Under the pieces are notes generated by a model, which was not told the DNA's origin, did not search any database, and was given only the letters and a program-made list of their open reading frames with translations. A stretch of DNA of 64,000 bases from Octopus sinensis (lineage: Eukaryota). Location: positions 63,550,001 through 63,614,000 of the forward strand of contig NC_042999.1 in NCBI RefSeq assembly GCF_006345805.1, in the 5' to 3' direction. Both the position numbers and the translations under genes were made by a program. Shown here piece after piece: positions 25,123-38,104 of the stretch; positions within the stretch are counted from its first letter, which is position 1, and every line of letters begins with the position of its first letter.

Positions 25123-25668
25123 TTAGCCCTTTAGCATTCAGATTACTCAGTCAAATGTAATGCTTATTTATTCAGATCACTCATTACCTCCATAGCTCTG
25201 GGGTTTCAATGAGGTGATTATTTATTTTTAGAATGACACAGTAGGGCTGATGTGAGAGGCTACACATGGCCAGTTTTAATGTCAAAACAGGTAGAATATT
25301 TGGGCCAGATATGGCTGGTTTAAATTTTTATTATTTATGTGCCCTTTTCAAGCCTAGCCAGGCTCATGGGTCCGGTTTCCCAGTTTCTGTGGTGTATGTG
25401 TTCCCCCCCCCCTAGCTGGAAGGGACACCAGTCCATCGCAGCGTTACTCATGAAACAGGAAGAGTGAGTGAAAGTTGGAGCGAAAGAGTACAACAGGGGT
25501 CGCCACCACCCCCTACTGGAGCCTCATGGAGCTTTAGGTGTTTTCGCTCAATAAACATACACAACGCCTGGGTTGGGAATCAAAACCCCAATCCTCCGAC
25601 TGCGAGTCCACTGTCCTAACCACTGGGCCATTGTGCCTCCACAGCTGGTTTAAATGCTAAAGGGTTAA
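25123..25668. mobile_element. piggyBac-like MITE interrupted by a SINE
   Basis: Ends TTAG-CCCTTTAGCATT / AATGCTAAAGGG-TTAA; uninterrupted inverted relative at 56821-57047. Confidence 0.75.
25326..25643 (-). mobile_element. tRNA-derived SINE (group D), full length, with 12-bp TSD
   Basis: A box TGGCCCAGTGG on the minus strand; TSD GCTGGTTTAAAT at 25314-25325 and 25644-25655. Confidence 0.9.
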
Positions 25669-26158
25669 ATATATTGTCTGAAAATAAGATGAGATGGTCT
25701 TGGCTGGAATACTGTTGAGGTCAGCTTGATCAGAGCAGTTGTAGTCCCAGATACACTAGAGCGAAAAGACAAGATGGTCACTACTAGAGTGCTTTTTCAT
25801 TGTAGGCCGATTTGGTACAAGCTAATCTGGGACTAAACTACAACTTTCTGGATCAGAAGAAAGAGGTAGTGTCCATGGCTTTTGCAAACCCTCCAAGAAT
25901 GGTGGGATTGATGTCATTAATCTTAATCTTCCACTTAAACTGCTACAAGTTGGCACCTGCAAGGAAGGTATGAGCAGAGGTAAAATTCTAGAAAGCCAAC
26001 ATTTGAGGGTGTACGTAAGGATTTGTTTTAATAGTTGGTGCAGAGCCTACCAGGTGGAACACATGAAGGATGGGAGGAGGGGAGGTGGCACAAGACCATC
26101 ATAATAGTACCAGAAAAGGCAAAGAGTTGTGGAAGTCACATGTTAGTTAATAACTGGA

Positions 26159-26560
26159 GAAGGCGATGAGCTGGCAGAAACGTTAGCATGCCGGGCAAAA
26201 TACTTAGCGGTATTTCGTCTGCCATTACGTTCTCAGTTCAAATTCCACCGAGGTCGACTTTGCCTTTCATCTTTTCGGGGTCGATTAAATAAGTACCAGT
26301 TACGCGCTGGGGTTGATATAATCGACTTAATCTGTTTGTTTGTCCTCTCTATGTTTAGCCCCTTGTGGGTAGTAAAGAAATAGGTATTTTGTCTGCCGTT
26401 ACGTTCTGAGTTCAAATTCCACCGAGGTCGACTTTGCCTTTCAGGGTCGATAAATCAAGTACCAGTTACGCACTGGAGTCGATGTACTCGACTTAATCCT
26501 TTTGTCTGTCCTTGTTTGTCCCCTCTATGTTTAACCCCTTGTGGGCAATAAAGAAATAAG
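26159..26560 (+). mobile_element. SINE group B with tandem duplication of its 3' part
   Basis: GTCTGCC.TTACGTTCT.AGTTCAAATTCCACCGAGGTCGACTTTGCCTTTCA occurs twice. Confidence 0.9.
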
Positions 26561-26659
26561 AAAAGGCAGAGAGAGGAGGCAGGATGCCTCTACGCCAGAG
26601 GGTGGGATGTGTCTGTGAGTGATTTTAGTAATAGCACTGTTGCAGATTATTCATAAATA

Positions 26660-27024
26660 CACCAGCCACATGGTTCTGGGTTCAGTCCCACTGCGTGGCA
26701 CCTTGGGCAAGTGTCTTCTACTATAGCCTAGGGCCGACCAAAGCCTTGTGAGTGGATTTGGTAGACGGAAACTGAAAGAAGCTCGTCGTGTATATGTGTG
26801 TGTGTGTGTGTGTATGTTTGTGTATATGTTTGTGTGCATGTCCCCCAACATCGCTTGACAACCGATGCTGGTGTGTTTACGTCCCCGTAACTTAGCGGTT
26901 CGGCGAAAGAGACCGATACAATGGGTACTAGGCTTACAAAGAATAAGTCCTGGGGTCGATTTGCTCGACTAAAGGCGGTGCTCCGGCATGACCGCAGTCA
27001 AAATGATTGAAACAAGTAAAATAG
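26660..27024 (+). mobile_element. SINE group A
   Basis: High similarity to 45595-46007. Confidence 0.9.
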
Positions 27025-27884
27025 TATATCTGTACTTTTACTGAGTCTGTTAATGTTAGTACAGATTACAGGTTTTATTTTTCTCTTTGTTTTTTTTTTT
27101 TTTTTGTTTGCTTTTTCTGTTGTTCCAATCTTTGAACTGTTACAATGCTTGAAGGCTTACTGCCTTCAAGGATTTTAATCTATAAACTCCGATACTTATT
27201 TCACTATGGCGTTTATCTTATTGATTTATATTTAGTGAATAGATGAGTTTTGACTTTTTTTAACGTAAACGGCCGTAATTCAATATATTGATACACATAG
27301 GCGCGAACGCACGCACGTACACACACACACACGTCTGTGTATATGTTGTACATAAAGTCAAGCCTGGAGCCATGTATTTGTGAAGTAAACTTCCGTTTTA
27401 CGTTTCATATCTTTTTCCATGCTTGCCTGATTGGGATGAGCTGTTTTAGGGAGTGGGTAATTTTTTTTTTACCGAGTCCCCCTACTTACTGTGCTAAATA
27501 TTCAATTATAGGAAAATGAGTCACATCCGTTTCGTGTCAGTCAACTGAATTGGAACTAGCAGAGTTATGTACCTTGCGCAGTGACCTGACTGATTGTAGA
27601 AGTGAAGTTTCAACTCATAGCTATGTAGCCAGTAGCTAGTACCTTAACTTCCTAAACATTATATCCCTTTATAACTATTTTTGTCTTTTTATCTAGCCCT
27701 GTCAGTAAAATATAACATATCTAAGGCTGCATTATTCTTCATACATATGTCTCGTTTCATTTTTAAAATAGTAGGGTGTGATTTAAGGGAATTTTGGCTG
27801 TTATCTATAGCAGATAGAAGAACTATAAACAGGCTGCCTGTTGCCTTGATCTTTGATAGTGGTAAATGTCCCATGCCTGTTTCT

Positions 27885-28160
27885 ATAATGGGTTCCCAGC
27901 CACTGGGCTGTAGACCAGTACAAGGCCATGGAGCATTTTGTACCAAACCACTCAGAAAGAACATATTTAAAAATTTTATTTCTATTTTATTAATTATTGC
28001 AGTCTGCAGGATATTTTTGCATTATATATGTATTATATACATATGATAATTAAATTATATATGATATACTTTGTTTGTTATGCATATAGTCACCAGCTCT
28101 GTGGAAACATTGCCTTGCAGGAATCCAGTCTGTGGTGCAAAAATAGTTGGGAACTGTTGC
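27885..28160. mobile_element. hAT (Charlie-like) MITE, decayed
   Basis: Ends ATGGGTTCCCAGCC / CCAGTCTGTGGTGCAAAAATAGTTGGGAACTGTTG. Confidence 0.45.
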
Positions 28161-28884
28161 TCCATTACATACATGGTTATCTACCATAGTTGGGGTTGTT
28201 GTTTAGCTTGATGATAACCCTGATCAAATGTGTTCCCTAACCATCCAGGCGTTTTTTCAATATAATGTATGACTAAATTTAACAATTGAATTCTTCCTTT
28301 TTTTTATGCTAGAAAAGCAAAGAAAGATTTGATTGCTATTTCTAGCATGTCAAATGGCCTTATAAATGTCCCCTCATTGGCTTGTTCTTTGGTAGTATGG
28401 TGGTACACAACACCTGCTTGTTTATATAACTGCACTTATTTACAACTGTTATCCTTTGTATATTCTCATGCATAGGTATGACTATAAGCACAAGCATGGC
28501 TGAGTGGTTATGATGCTTGATTCCTAACCATGTCATCTCAGCTTCATTCTCACTGTATAGCATTTTGGGCGTGTGTGTTTCTTCTCTAACCCCCAGGCTG
28601 TGCAAAGCCTTATGAGTAAATATGGTTGACAGAAACAGGAGGTGTGTGTGTGTGTGTGTACATACACACACACACACACAATTGAGCAACAATCTTTATT
28701 ACATAACGCTACAATTGTTTCAACATAGATTGCTGAAGCATTATATAAGATATAAATTAACATTTCATATCTGTTGTTATCGTTGTTATTCCAGTGAATT
28801 ATATCTTTTTATGTGGGCATATATAAAGAATTTGCTGAATCATCCTTAAATTCCACTGAATACATACTTTTGAACTGCACCATT

Positions 28885-29515
28885 TTATTATTATCATTAT
28901 ATGAAAACTCACAGCTTATATTGCTGGGTATGATGGAAAGTGTCAGCTGTCCACAGCCAGCAGACTAAGGTGACCCTTGTTTACTGGTCATGCTTCAAGA
29001 ACCCTGTGATGAATTCTTGCAGTTCCAAACAATGCTGATTTTTGTAGTTGTTCTACTTTCACACTTGCACCAATCTTTTTCAGCCATGTTGGTAGTAGAG
29101 TGCTGATACTTCCAAGTGCACCAATTACTATTGTTATCACATCTACTCTCTTCATTGACTGCAACCTTCGTATTTCCCACTTCAAATCATCATAGTTGTT
29201 TATTTTTTCTTCTTTCACATTGATCCTGTTGTCACCAGGGTATGCTATGTCAATTATCATACATGTTCTTTCTTTTTTATTCACAACAACAATGTCCAGT
29301 TTCTGATTTCTGGTTGGGTGATCACACTGGATCATTACATCCCACAGGATTTTGCAGTTCTCATTTTCAGTGACTCCTTCTGTAGTTTGCTTATACCATG
29401 TATTTGATCTCCTTATAGGCTGTGATTTCCACAGAGCTTCCAATGGATCGTTCTTGCCACATTGTCATGACGTCTTTTGCATTCGCGTTGTGCCCATTTC
29501 GGATATTTGCTATTA
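28885..29515 (-). mobile_element. R4/Dong-like non-LTR retrotransposon 3' fragment (restriction-like endonuclease)
   Basis: KRRHDNVARTIHWKLC, then after a frameshift KILWDVMIQCD...DIVVVNKKERTCMIIDIAYP...IVIGALG...QLQKSALFGTARI; (TAA)n-like tail. Confidence 0.85.
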
Positions 29516-29611
29516 GGACATCCAAAATTGTTGGAAAGAAAAAAATTAGTGATTAGATTGGTAGAATTATTAGAACATGAGACCAAAATGTTGAAATATT
29601 TCTTTCAGCTC

Positions 29612-29841
29612 TTTGACCCTTTTGTTACCATATTTCTGCTGTGATGTTTTGTGTTTCTTTCATTTAATTTTAAATATAACAAAGAATTTAGTAAAATAGC
29701 TTAGTTATCATTAAGTTAGTGTCAGGGACATAAATTGTGACTAAGGTTTGGCAGAAGATTATAAATTAGAACTTTTGAAAACAAGACATTTGTACTCTAA
29801 AGCCAGAGGCAGTTTCAAGCAGGTTGGTATCAAACCGGTTA
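29612..29841. mobile_element. piggyBac-like MITE (second family)
   Basis: TTGACCCTTTTGTTACCA / TGGTATCAAACCGGTTAA imperfect TIRs. Confidence 0.5.
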
Positions 29842-30061
29842 AGGTAGTGAAATGGCAAAATTGTTACTATGCGGGGAAAATTCTTTGTAGTATTTCTTCT
29901 GGTTTTATGTTCTGAGTTCAAATTCCACTCTGATCGACCTTACCTTTCCTCCTTGGGGTGCTTAGCAACTTGCATGTTCATTTCACAAATAGATTGTTCA
30001 GTTGTTTGCATCAGCTGGAACATTCATTGTCATAAAATCAACACAGTGCCAGTTGTGCATG

Positions 30062-30380
30062 TGAAGGCACGTGGCTTAGCAGTTCAGCTATTCGGCTCAC
30101 AATCATTAGGTTGTGAGTTCGATTCCTGGCAGCACACTGTGTCCACGAGCAAGATACTTAATTTGATTTCACTCCAGTCCACTCAGCTGGCAAGAATGAG
30201 TAGTGCTTGTATTTCTAAGGGTCAGCCTTCTCACATTCTGTGTCATGCTGAAAACTATATTAAGGACAGTATGTGTGTCTTTGGAGTGCTTAGTGACTTA
30301 TATGTTCATTTCACAAGCAGGCTGTTGTGTTGATCAGATCAACTGGAACACTCATCATAACCTACGGAGTGCCATTTACA
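30062..30380 (+). mobile_element. tRNA-derived SINE (group C-like core, different tail)
   Basis: A/B-box head GTGGCTTAGCAG...GTTCGATTCC; GAGCAAGATACT...CTCCAGTCCACTCAGCTG core. Confidence 0.65.
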
Positions 30381-30415
30381 ACAAAAAATCAGAAGCCAAT
30401 TTACATTGGAAAGCT

Positions 30416-30801
30416 AGGCACAGGAGTGGCTGTGTGGTAAGTAGCTTGCTTACCAACTACATGGTTCCGGGTTCAGTCCCACTGCGGGGCACCTTGGGCA
30501 AGTGTCTTCTAATAAAGCCTCAGGCCAACCAAAGCCTTGTGAGTGGATTTGGTAGGCGGAAACTGAAAGAAACCCGTCGTATATATGTATATGTGTGTGT
30601 GTCTGTGTTTGTCCGTCCCCCCCAACATCGCTTGACAACCGATGCTGGCGTGGTTACATCCTCGTAACTTAGCCGTTCAGCAAAAGAGACCAATACAATA
30701 AGTACTAGGCTTACACAGACTAAAGTCCTTTGGTCGATTTGCTCGACTAAAGGCGGTGCACCAGCATGGCCACAGTCAAATGACTGAAACAAGTAAAAGA
30801 G
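30416..30801 (+). mobile_element. SINE group A, full length
   Basis: A box TGGCTGTGTGG, B box GGTTCAGTCCC, CORE-like ACCTTGGGCAAGTG, central microsatellite, GTAAAAGA tail. Confidence 0.9.
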
Positions 30802-31469
30802 CTATTTGTTATCACAGCAACTATGATACAAGTTTTATGAACCTCATTAGGAAGTTGTTTGTATGTTTCACTTGTTTTGATAACTAAGACAGTTATGTTT
30901 GAAAACTGGCTTCTCTCTCTCCATTTACACGCACACACATGCACACACAAGTTCTAAGCTAATTAAGTAATGGACCAATTGAAGTAAACTAATAAGATAA
31001 AGATAAACCAATAGTTATTTATTCATTGACAGCTACGCAGTTGTGAATCAATTACAAAAGCTAAGTAATTCAGTTAACGATTCATGCAGCAAAACCTGTT
31101 CATCATCTTCATTATTTTATGTCTGCTTTTCCATGCTGGTATGGGTTGACAAACTGGCAGAATCTCTTGCCTGTTGCACAAAATGCTTAGCAACATTTCC
31201 TCAGGTTCTTTACATTCTGAGTTTAAATCCTACAAAGGCGAACTTTACTTTCATCTCTCCAGGGTCAATAAAATAAAGCACCAGTCCAGTACGGGGCTTG
31301 ATGTAATTGACTTGTCCCTTGCCTCTCAGAATCACTGCAACTAACCAGTGTCCTGTTCAGGAAGTTTGTTATTATCTTAGTCACTTGTACATCACGGAAA
31401 CTTGGTAACCAGCCTTGTGAAGTGTAAGAAAAAAAGGCGGTGGGGAGTGGGAGATGGAGGTCTTTTTCA

Positions 31470-32640
31470 GAAGCAGAGATCTATGTTATTCACCCTGGTT
31501 GGTCGGAGCACAATTTGTTCCATGAATAGGGCATTGGTGAGTTTGAGCAGGGACTCCACCTGTACTTCTTTGCAATGAGTCATCTTTTTCAGCACAGTAT
31601 CTTATGACTAGTTGCATCAGGTTCACTTTCTGAAGATCAGATCAGCTTTCACCACTTTGTCCCATCTATTCCTCTTCTACAGATTCTACAGGTATTGGTC
31701 AACTTCCTTCAGGCCTTGTGACAATGCTAGAAATATTTATTTATTACTCAGCAATTAATTATCAACTATGTCACTGTAATTGAATTGTATTTCATTAACG
31801 ATGTTAGATTAACACTGTAATTACTGTCTAGTTTGATGTTCTTTTTATGTACACACCTATCTCTTTGATGTAATGTATAAATAATATACATAGTCTTATT
31901 CATCTAAACTCTTTTCATTAGGATAAAAGATATACATACATAGATATGTGTATGTATATACACACACATACACAACTCTGCATCTATTTTATCCTAATGA
32001 AAAGTGTTCAGGTGGAAGTTATATTGTAAGGATTTTTTCCATCTTATTTTTATTTTATTTGTGTTTGGAGCATGACTTTTAACTTTTGCAACTCTCTCTC
32101 TCCTCTCTCTCCCCCCTCTCTCTCTCTATATATATATATATATCATGACTCTGAAATGTATTTTCTGTTCTATTCAACAACAATGGTTTATCTGACAATA
32201 AACAAGCCTTCACATCATGTCTTGGAGCCAGCAAACTGGTCTTTCCATTTTCTCATTGTTGTTTCAGTTCATTGTCAATATACTTATCTGATTGTCATCA
32301 TAATATCATTTCTCAGTTCTTATATGGTTTAGATAACCCTATAAGACAATCACTCGGCATTCATTTTGATATAGTGTCTTAGATTATAGCTCAGTCTCTG
32401 GCTACTTTTGGTCCATTACATCGACAGCTCTATTATGTTGTGATCCAAAACTAATGTTGGTGTTACTTTCACATGAACGATGTTCATATTCTTTGTGAAG
32501 CAGAGATCTATGTTATTCACCCTGGTTGGTCAGAGCACAATTTGCTCCATGAATAGGGCATTGGTAAGGTTGAGCAGGGACTCTACCTGTACTTCTTTGC
32601 AATGAGTCATTTCTGAGGCTGTCCTAAAGGCTGGATGTAT
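31470..32640 (-). mobile_element. Two overlapping fragments of a CR1/L2-type LINE apurinic endonuclease
   Basis: Minus-strand translation LFMEQIVL.PTRVNNIDLCFTKN...VLDHNIIEL (PTR / DL / SDH-like motifs); 114 bp shared between 31470-31583 and 32497-32610. Confidence 0.65.
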
Positions 32641-33025
32641 CCTATCTATCTCTCTCTTCTATCTTTTCTCTTGTCAAAGAAAATATTTCTCTAGCATTTG
32701 CTATTTTACCTTCGTTTTGGTCTAACGACCCACCATGTTCGTTTTCATTCAGTTTCTTTTTATGTCTCCACTGTCCTGTTTTTGTTCCCAAATTTGATCC
32801 TCCATAAATCCCAAATTTTATTTTGGTATTTGTGGGAGCAACTGCCTTCGAAGACTCAGGCAACCGACAACGGATGAAGGATCGTTCTTTATGTCACTTG
32901 TCATGTTTTCCATTTGTTTCTCTTGTTGTTTGCATATTCAACTCCTTTGTTTTTGTATTTCATGTTGCTTACTGTCTGTGTGTGTGTATATATATATACA
33001 CATACACTAACATGCATCCATATAT

Positions 33026-33706
33026 ATCATCATCATCATCGTCGTCGTTTAACGTCCGTTCTCCATGCTAGCATGGGTTGGACAGTTCGACCGGGGTTCT
33101 GGGAAGCCAGAAGGCTGCACCAGGCTCCAGTCTAATCTGGCAATGTTTCTACAGCTGGATGCCCTTCCTAACGCCAACCACTCCGTGAGTGTAGTGGGTG
33201 CTTTTTACGTGCCACCTGCACAGGTGCCAGGCGGGGCTGGCAACGGCCACGGTCAGATTGGTGTATTTTATGTGCCACCGGCACGGAAGCCAGTCGAGGC
33301 GGTGCTGGCATCGGCCACAAGTCGGATAGTGCTTTTTACGTACCACCAGACCAGGGATCCTGGCTGGTTCAATTCGATTTCGATTTCGCTTGCCCCAACA
33401 TGTCTTCACAAGCAAAGGGGGTTGGCATGGGTGCCTGTCGTACGGTCGCATTGGAGTATTTTACGTGCCACGGCCACGAGTCGGATAGTGCTTTTTACGT
33501 ACCACCAGGCCAGGGATCCTGGCTGGTTCAATTCGGTTTCGATTTCGATTTCGCTTGCCCCAACATGTCTTCGCAAGCATGGGGGGTTGGCATGGGTGTC
33601 TGTCGTCGGATGAGGTTCTATATCGACTTCGCTTGCCTCAACCGGTCTTTGTGTCCAAGGGAGGAAAGGCATTCATAAGTGGGCTGGGCTCACTTGTCCT
33701 GCCTGG
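33026..33706 (-). mobile_element. Young RTE LINE: complete 3' UTR plus last codons of the ORF
   Basis: Near-identical to 46910-47577; inserted in (TA)n. Confidence 0.95.
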
Positions 33707-33773
33707 TATATATATATATATACACACACACACACATATGAATATGTATGTATATATATATATATATTATATA

Positions 33774-33826
<53 letters not shown>

Positions 33827-34217
33827 AATATACACACACACTGAGATCATGGATGCCTATGAACTTCCATAAAATAAAATCAACATAAAGAATAATTTTG
33901 GTTTCATTCTTTTTTTTTTTCATTTTTCATTTTTTTCGAACCTTAACACGCACCAACTCATATCTTTTGTTTCACCATGTATGTCATGAGTACTCTATCG
34001 TTTCCTTTTTGTCTTCCATTTTAATGACTATTTTTTTCTCTCTCCCTGTGTGTGGCATTCATTCACTCATTGCCTCCTACCAGACACTCTCCACCCCTTA
34101 ATGTTCACTCATTGTGTTCACTGTGTGTCTCTCTCTTACTTTTTCTCCTCCTCCCGCAATATGATGTAAAGTATGACAGGAGAAATTGGCCAACCAACAT
34201 TTTTATATATATATATA

Positions 34218-34489
34218 CAATGGCGCCTTACTGGCACCTGTGCTGGTGGCATGTGTAAAAAGATTTGAGCAAGGTCATTGCCAGTACTGCCTGACTGGCC
34301 CCTGTGTTGGTGGCACGTAAAAAGCACCCACTACACTCTCAGAGTGGTTGGTGTTAGGAAGGGCATCCAGCTGTAGAAACTCTGCCAAATCAAGATTGGG
34401 GCCTGATGCAGCCATCTGGTTTGCCAGCCCTCAGTCAAAATCGTCCAACCCATTCTAGCATGGAAAGCGGACATTAAACAATGATGATA
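34218..34489 (+). mobile_element. RTE LINE 3' end
   Basis: Conserved terminus. Confidence 0.85.
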
Positions 34490-34499
34490 TATATATATA

Positions 34500-34652
34500 A
34501 ACTGCCTGCGTCAGTTGTTGACTGCCATGACACTGCATCCTTTAAGGCCCTCATGCTTTCCGAAATCCGCCGAAACTACACCTGATTATATATACACTTT
34601 AGATGAGTTGTAGTGCACCTGAGCACTGTACACAATTATTGTTATTGTTATT
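34500..34652 (+). mobile_element. CR1/L2-like LINE 3' end
   Basis: LPASVVDCHDTASFKALMLSEIRRNYT* C-terminus and (TTA)-like tail; related copy near 49790-50003. Confidence 0.65.
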
Positions 34653-34731
34653 ATATAAGAGTAACGGTGTCATTGTGACCCAAAGGTCTCAGGTGTCAGG
34701 TCATGCTGACGCATTACCTTATTAGGCAAAG

Positions 34732-34756
<25 letters not shown>

Positions 34757-34770
<14 letters not shown>

Positions 34771-35275
34771 TGTAGTTGTGTGAGTGTCTGTCTCCTACGA
34801 TTTAGATTCCTAACTCCTCCCACATTTTGCGGTGCAGTTTAACCAAATTCGGGTATCTTATAGTCGTAATTAATATCGAGCCCGTCTGGCTATTAGCGCG
34901 TGTCTACAATGAGTCTACGATTTTAAAAATAATTTAACATCATTTTTTATTCCATTTTAATGCATAATTTTTCGTGTGTCAATGGCGGCGGAGTTGGCGT
35001 CCACGCTCAAACACCTGCACCTGTGTTTGCTTCTCTCCCTTCTTCCCTCCCTCCCTCGTGAAGCTGTGGGGAAGGGAGTTTAAGGAAATCAACGTCGTAA
35101 TGCGTTGTCAAGGAGACCAGCGTTCTTTTAGAACAACGACTTCATGGCTTCAAGACACCAAAACAGAAATGGCTAAGAAAGCCCGAATTGGCATCTATAA
35201 AGGAAGTAACTCTCTAAAAATGCTTATATAGTTATTTCCCTTACAAACCCGAGCAACGCCGGGCGATACTGCTAG
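34757..35275 (+). mobile_element. Non-autonomous Helitron
   Basis: 5' TATATATAAAACTG, 3' hairpin CCCG-AGCAACGC-CGGG (35248-35263) followed by CTAG|T; sits in (TA)n. Confidence 0.75.
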
Positions 35276-36264
35276 TATATATATATATATATATATATAC
35301 ACTTATATATATATATCAGTTATTATTATGTAGAGTTATATTAAGTTTCCGTTCTATTGTGTGGTACCTTGGGCAAGTGTCTTCTGTAATACCCTCTGAC
35401 CAACTAGAGTGTACTGAATAACCTCTATAATACACTCTGACAACCAGAGTGTACTGGATAAAAAAAATCACATACATAGGCACTTGTGTGGCTAAGAAGC
35501 TTGTTATTAAAGCCTTGTGAGTGGATATGGGTAACATAAACTGAAAGAAGCTCAGCATATATATATGCATGTGCATTTGTGTATCTTTGTATTTATATTC
35601 CCATAACTGGTGTTGGTATGGTTTTTATTCCTGTAACATAGCAATTTGGCAAAAGCTACCAATACAATAATCACCTGCCTTAAAAACTAAAAGTACTAGC
35701 GTTGATTTGTTCTACTAAAATTCTTCAGGATAATAGTGTGTGTGTGTGTGTGTGTATTTGTGCATGTATCTAGGTGACTGTTTTCATTCTGCAGCTCTTC
35801 TAAAATTTGCTGAACTATGGGTGGTGAGATTTGTTGACATTTCTTTCTCTCGACAACTCGTTAGGTAGCTGTGTGCTTTCAGAGACAAGCAGAAAGAAAA
35901 CTTTTCTTACTTGAAAAACAAGCGAGCCATAGAAAAAGAAGGGCATTTGTGTATAAAAAAAAATAATCCCCCAATCATATGTATTCAAATAGCTTATGCT
36001 AACATGGAAAAAAATGAGCATAAAACAAATGAACAAAAAAATAATTAATTGAGACGCACACACACACACATGATTGCATATGAATGTCTGTGTATGTATC
36101 ATCATCATCATCATCATTTAATGTCTGTTTTCCATGCTGGGTTGGACGGTTTTACAGGATCTGGCAAAGGCATCATCGCCTGTTTTGGCATGGTTTCTAC
36201 AGCTGGACACCCTTCCTAACACTAACCACTTTACAGTGTACTGGATAAAAAAAGAAATCACATA

Positions 36265-36327
36265 TGTAGTGGTTATCACGTCTGCTTCACACGCAGAAGA
36301 CTGCGAGTTTGATCCTCGCCAGAACCT
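36265..36327 (+). pseudogene. tRNA-Val(CAC) pseudogene, 5'-truncated
   Basis: D arm TGTAGTGGTTATCAC, anticodon arm TCTGC-TTCACAC-GCAGA, T arm GCGAG-TTTGATC-CTCGC; 5' acceptor strand missing. Confidence 0.75.
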
Positions 36328-37040
36328 TCACCTTGCCTTTCTTTTTAACGGCGATGCATCAGCATGGCTGAAACTACAGCAAAAAAAAAAAATATATATA
36401 TATATATATAGGCTTGGTTATGAGGATTCATTCCATTGTGCAGTACCTCGGGCAACTGTCTTCTAGTATAGACCCAGGCTAGCCAATGCTGCTTTGTGAG
36501 TGGAAATGACAGACGAAAACTGTGTGGAAGCCCATTTTGTGTGCGTGTTTACCCTCTTCCTCCACTGCTTGACAATGTTGTTGACTGAGTGGGTTGGCAA
36601 AAGAGAAACCAACAGAATATGTGCCCGGCTTAAAAATAAGTACCTGGATTGATTAGATCAATTAAAACCTTTCTATGATGTAGCTTTGAAATGTTCTTGT
36701 GCAGAGATAATGACTTTTCTTCAAGAACTCCACTGGAGTGTTTGATTCAGTTGATACCACCACCATTATCATACTTGTTTTTTTTATGTTTTGAGAGCTT
36801 CAGGAAAGGTGGTTGGCTCACCAAACATTTCATAAAATCCTTCCTTTACCACTCTATCCACTGGTTTAAGCTGGTTGAGATTTATTCCCCAGTATTCCTC
36901 TAACACTGATTTGCCTTTTTGTGCTATGTGGTGACTTACTATATTTGAATAGCATAAAAGATGCACAGACATATTAGATACTCCCCAGTTTAAGCAGCAC
37001 ATATTCAAGAAAAAAAGATTTTAGTGCATTAGATCATCTC

Positions 37041-37324
37041 TCTATATATATATAAACGGCAAAATGTCTGTCTGTCTGTGTGTGTATCCTTTATACAAAT
37101 CCACAAATTTTCAGTTAGAGGGCTCACACTTTCTATGGTCATTCAAAACCGTCCAAGGGTAGTCGTGCACATCTTTACATTTTCCCCAGTCACCCCGCAA
37201 AGCCATTAAAAAATCAATAGAAGCGACTTTTTGTGAATTTTCTATCCAAAACCCAATCAAAATACCCGAAACTTGATACTCCAGTTGAATGCCAGCTAGC
37301 TGTATGTGATTGGTCGAAGATTTG
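37041..37324 (+). mobile_element. Probable Helitron 5' part
   Basis: TCTATATATATATAAA start followed by (TCTG)n(TG)n; no 3' CTAG end seen. Confidence 0.45.
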
Positions 37325-38104
37325 GACAGTACTTGCATGTATGTGACAGCTGAGGACATGCTTAGGCTTGAAGGAAATGAAACCAGCATTGCTTTGCTAG
37401 ATGTGCAATGTCAGTGTACATGTTCATCAGAGTGTAAGCATCTTGAGAGAAAAGTTGAATAAGAGGCATCAGATGTGGTGGGCAAGAGAGACGACTGTGT
37501 TGGTATGGTCATGTGATGCGTATGGACAAGGACAGCTGTGTAAAGAAATGCTGATCTCTAACTGTGGAGGAAACCTGTAATTGAGGCAGACCCAGGAAAA
37601 CATGGGACAAGGTGGTGAAGCTTGATCTTCAAACTTTAGACCTCATAGAGACAATGACTAGTGACTGAGACGTATGGTGATGTGATGTGCTGTGCTTGAG
37701 AGGACCCGTCAAGCCAAGTGAAATTGTAGTTGTGGCTGATGTTGGTGTCACTTTACTGTAAAAAGCATCTTTTGAATGTTAGGCCTCACGGGGGCGAAGT
37801 GGCTAAGCTCTTTCAAGTGTTCAGCCTCATGGAGGCAATGACTGAGACCTTTGGCATTGTGTCATGCTTGAGAAGAAGACCCATCAAGCCAAGCAAAACT
37901 GCAGTCATGAGAGGTACCTGTGTTATGCAAATGGCACCCATTCCGGTGGCACATAAAAGCGCCCATTACACTCTCAGAGTGGTTGGTGTTAGGAAGGGCA
38001 AATCAGACTGGAGCTTGGTGCAGCCTTCCTGCTTGTCACCTATGATCAAACCATCCAACCCATGCCTGTATGAACAACAGATATTAAATGATGATGATGA
38101 TGAT
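37325..38104 (+). mobile_element. RTE LINE ORF C-terminal remnant plus 3' UTR
   Basis: Decayed homolog of 47562-47950 (VTAEDM, WYGHVM, GRPRKTW) ending in (GAT)n. Confidence 0.85.

Noticed and set aside
33065-33613. 182-aa ORF repeated at 46937-47485
   Set aside because: Antisense to the RTE 3' UTR; identity reflects a young repeat, and there are no protein motifs
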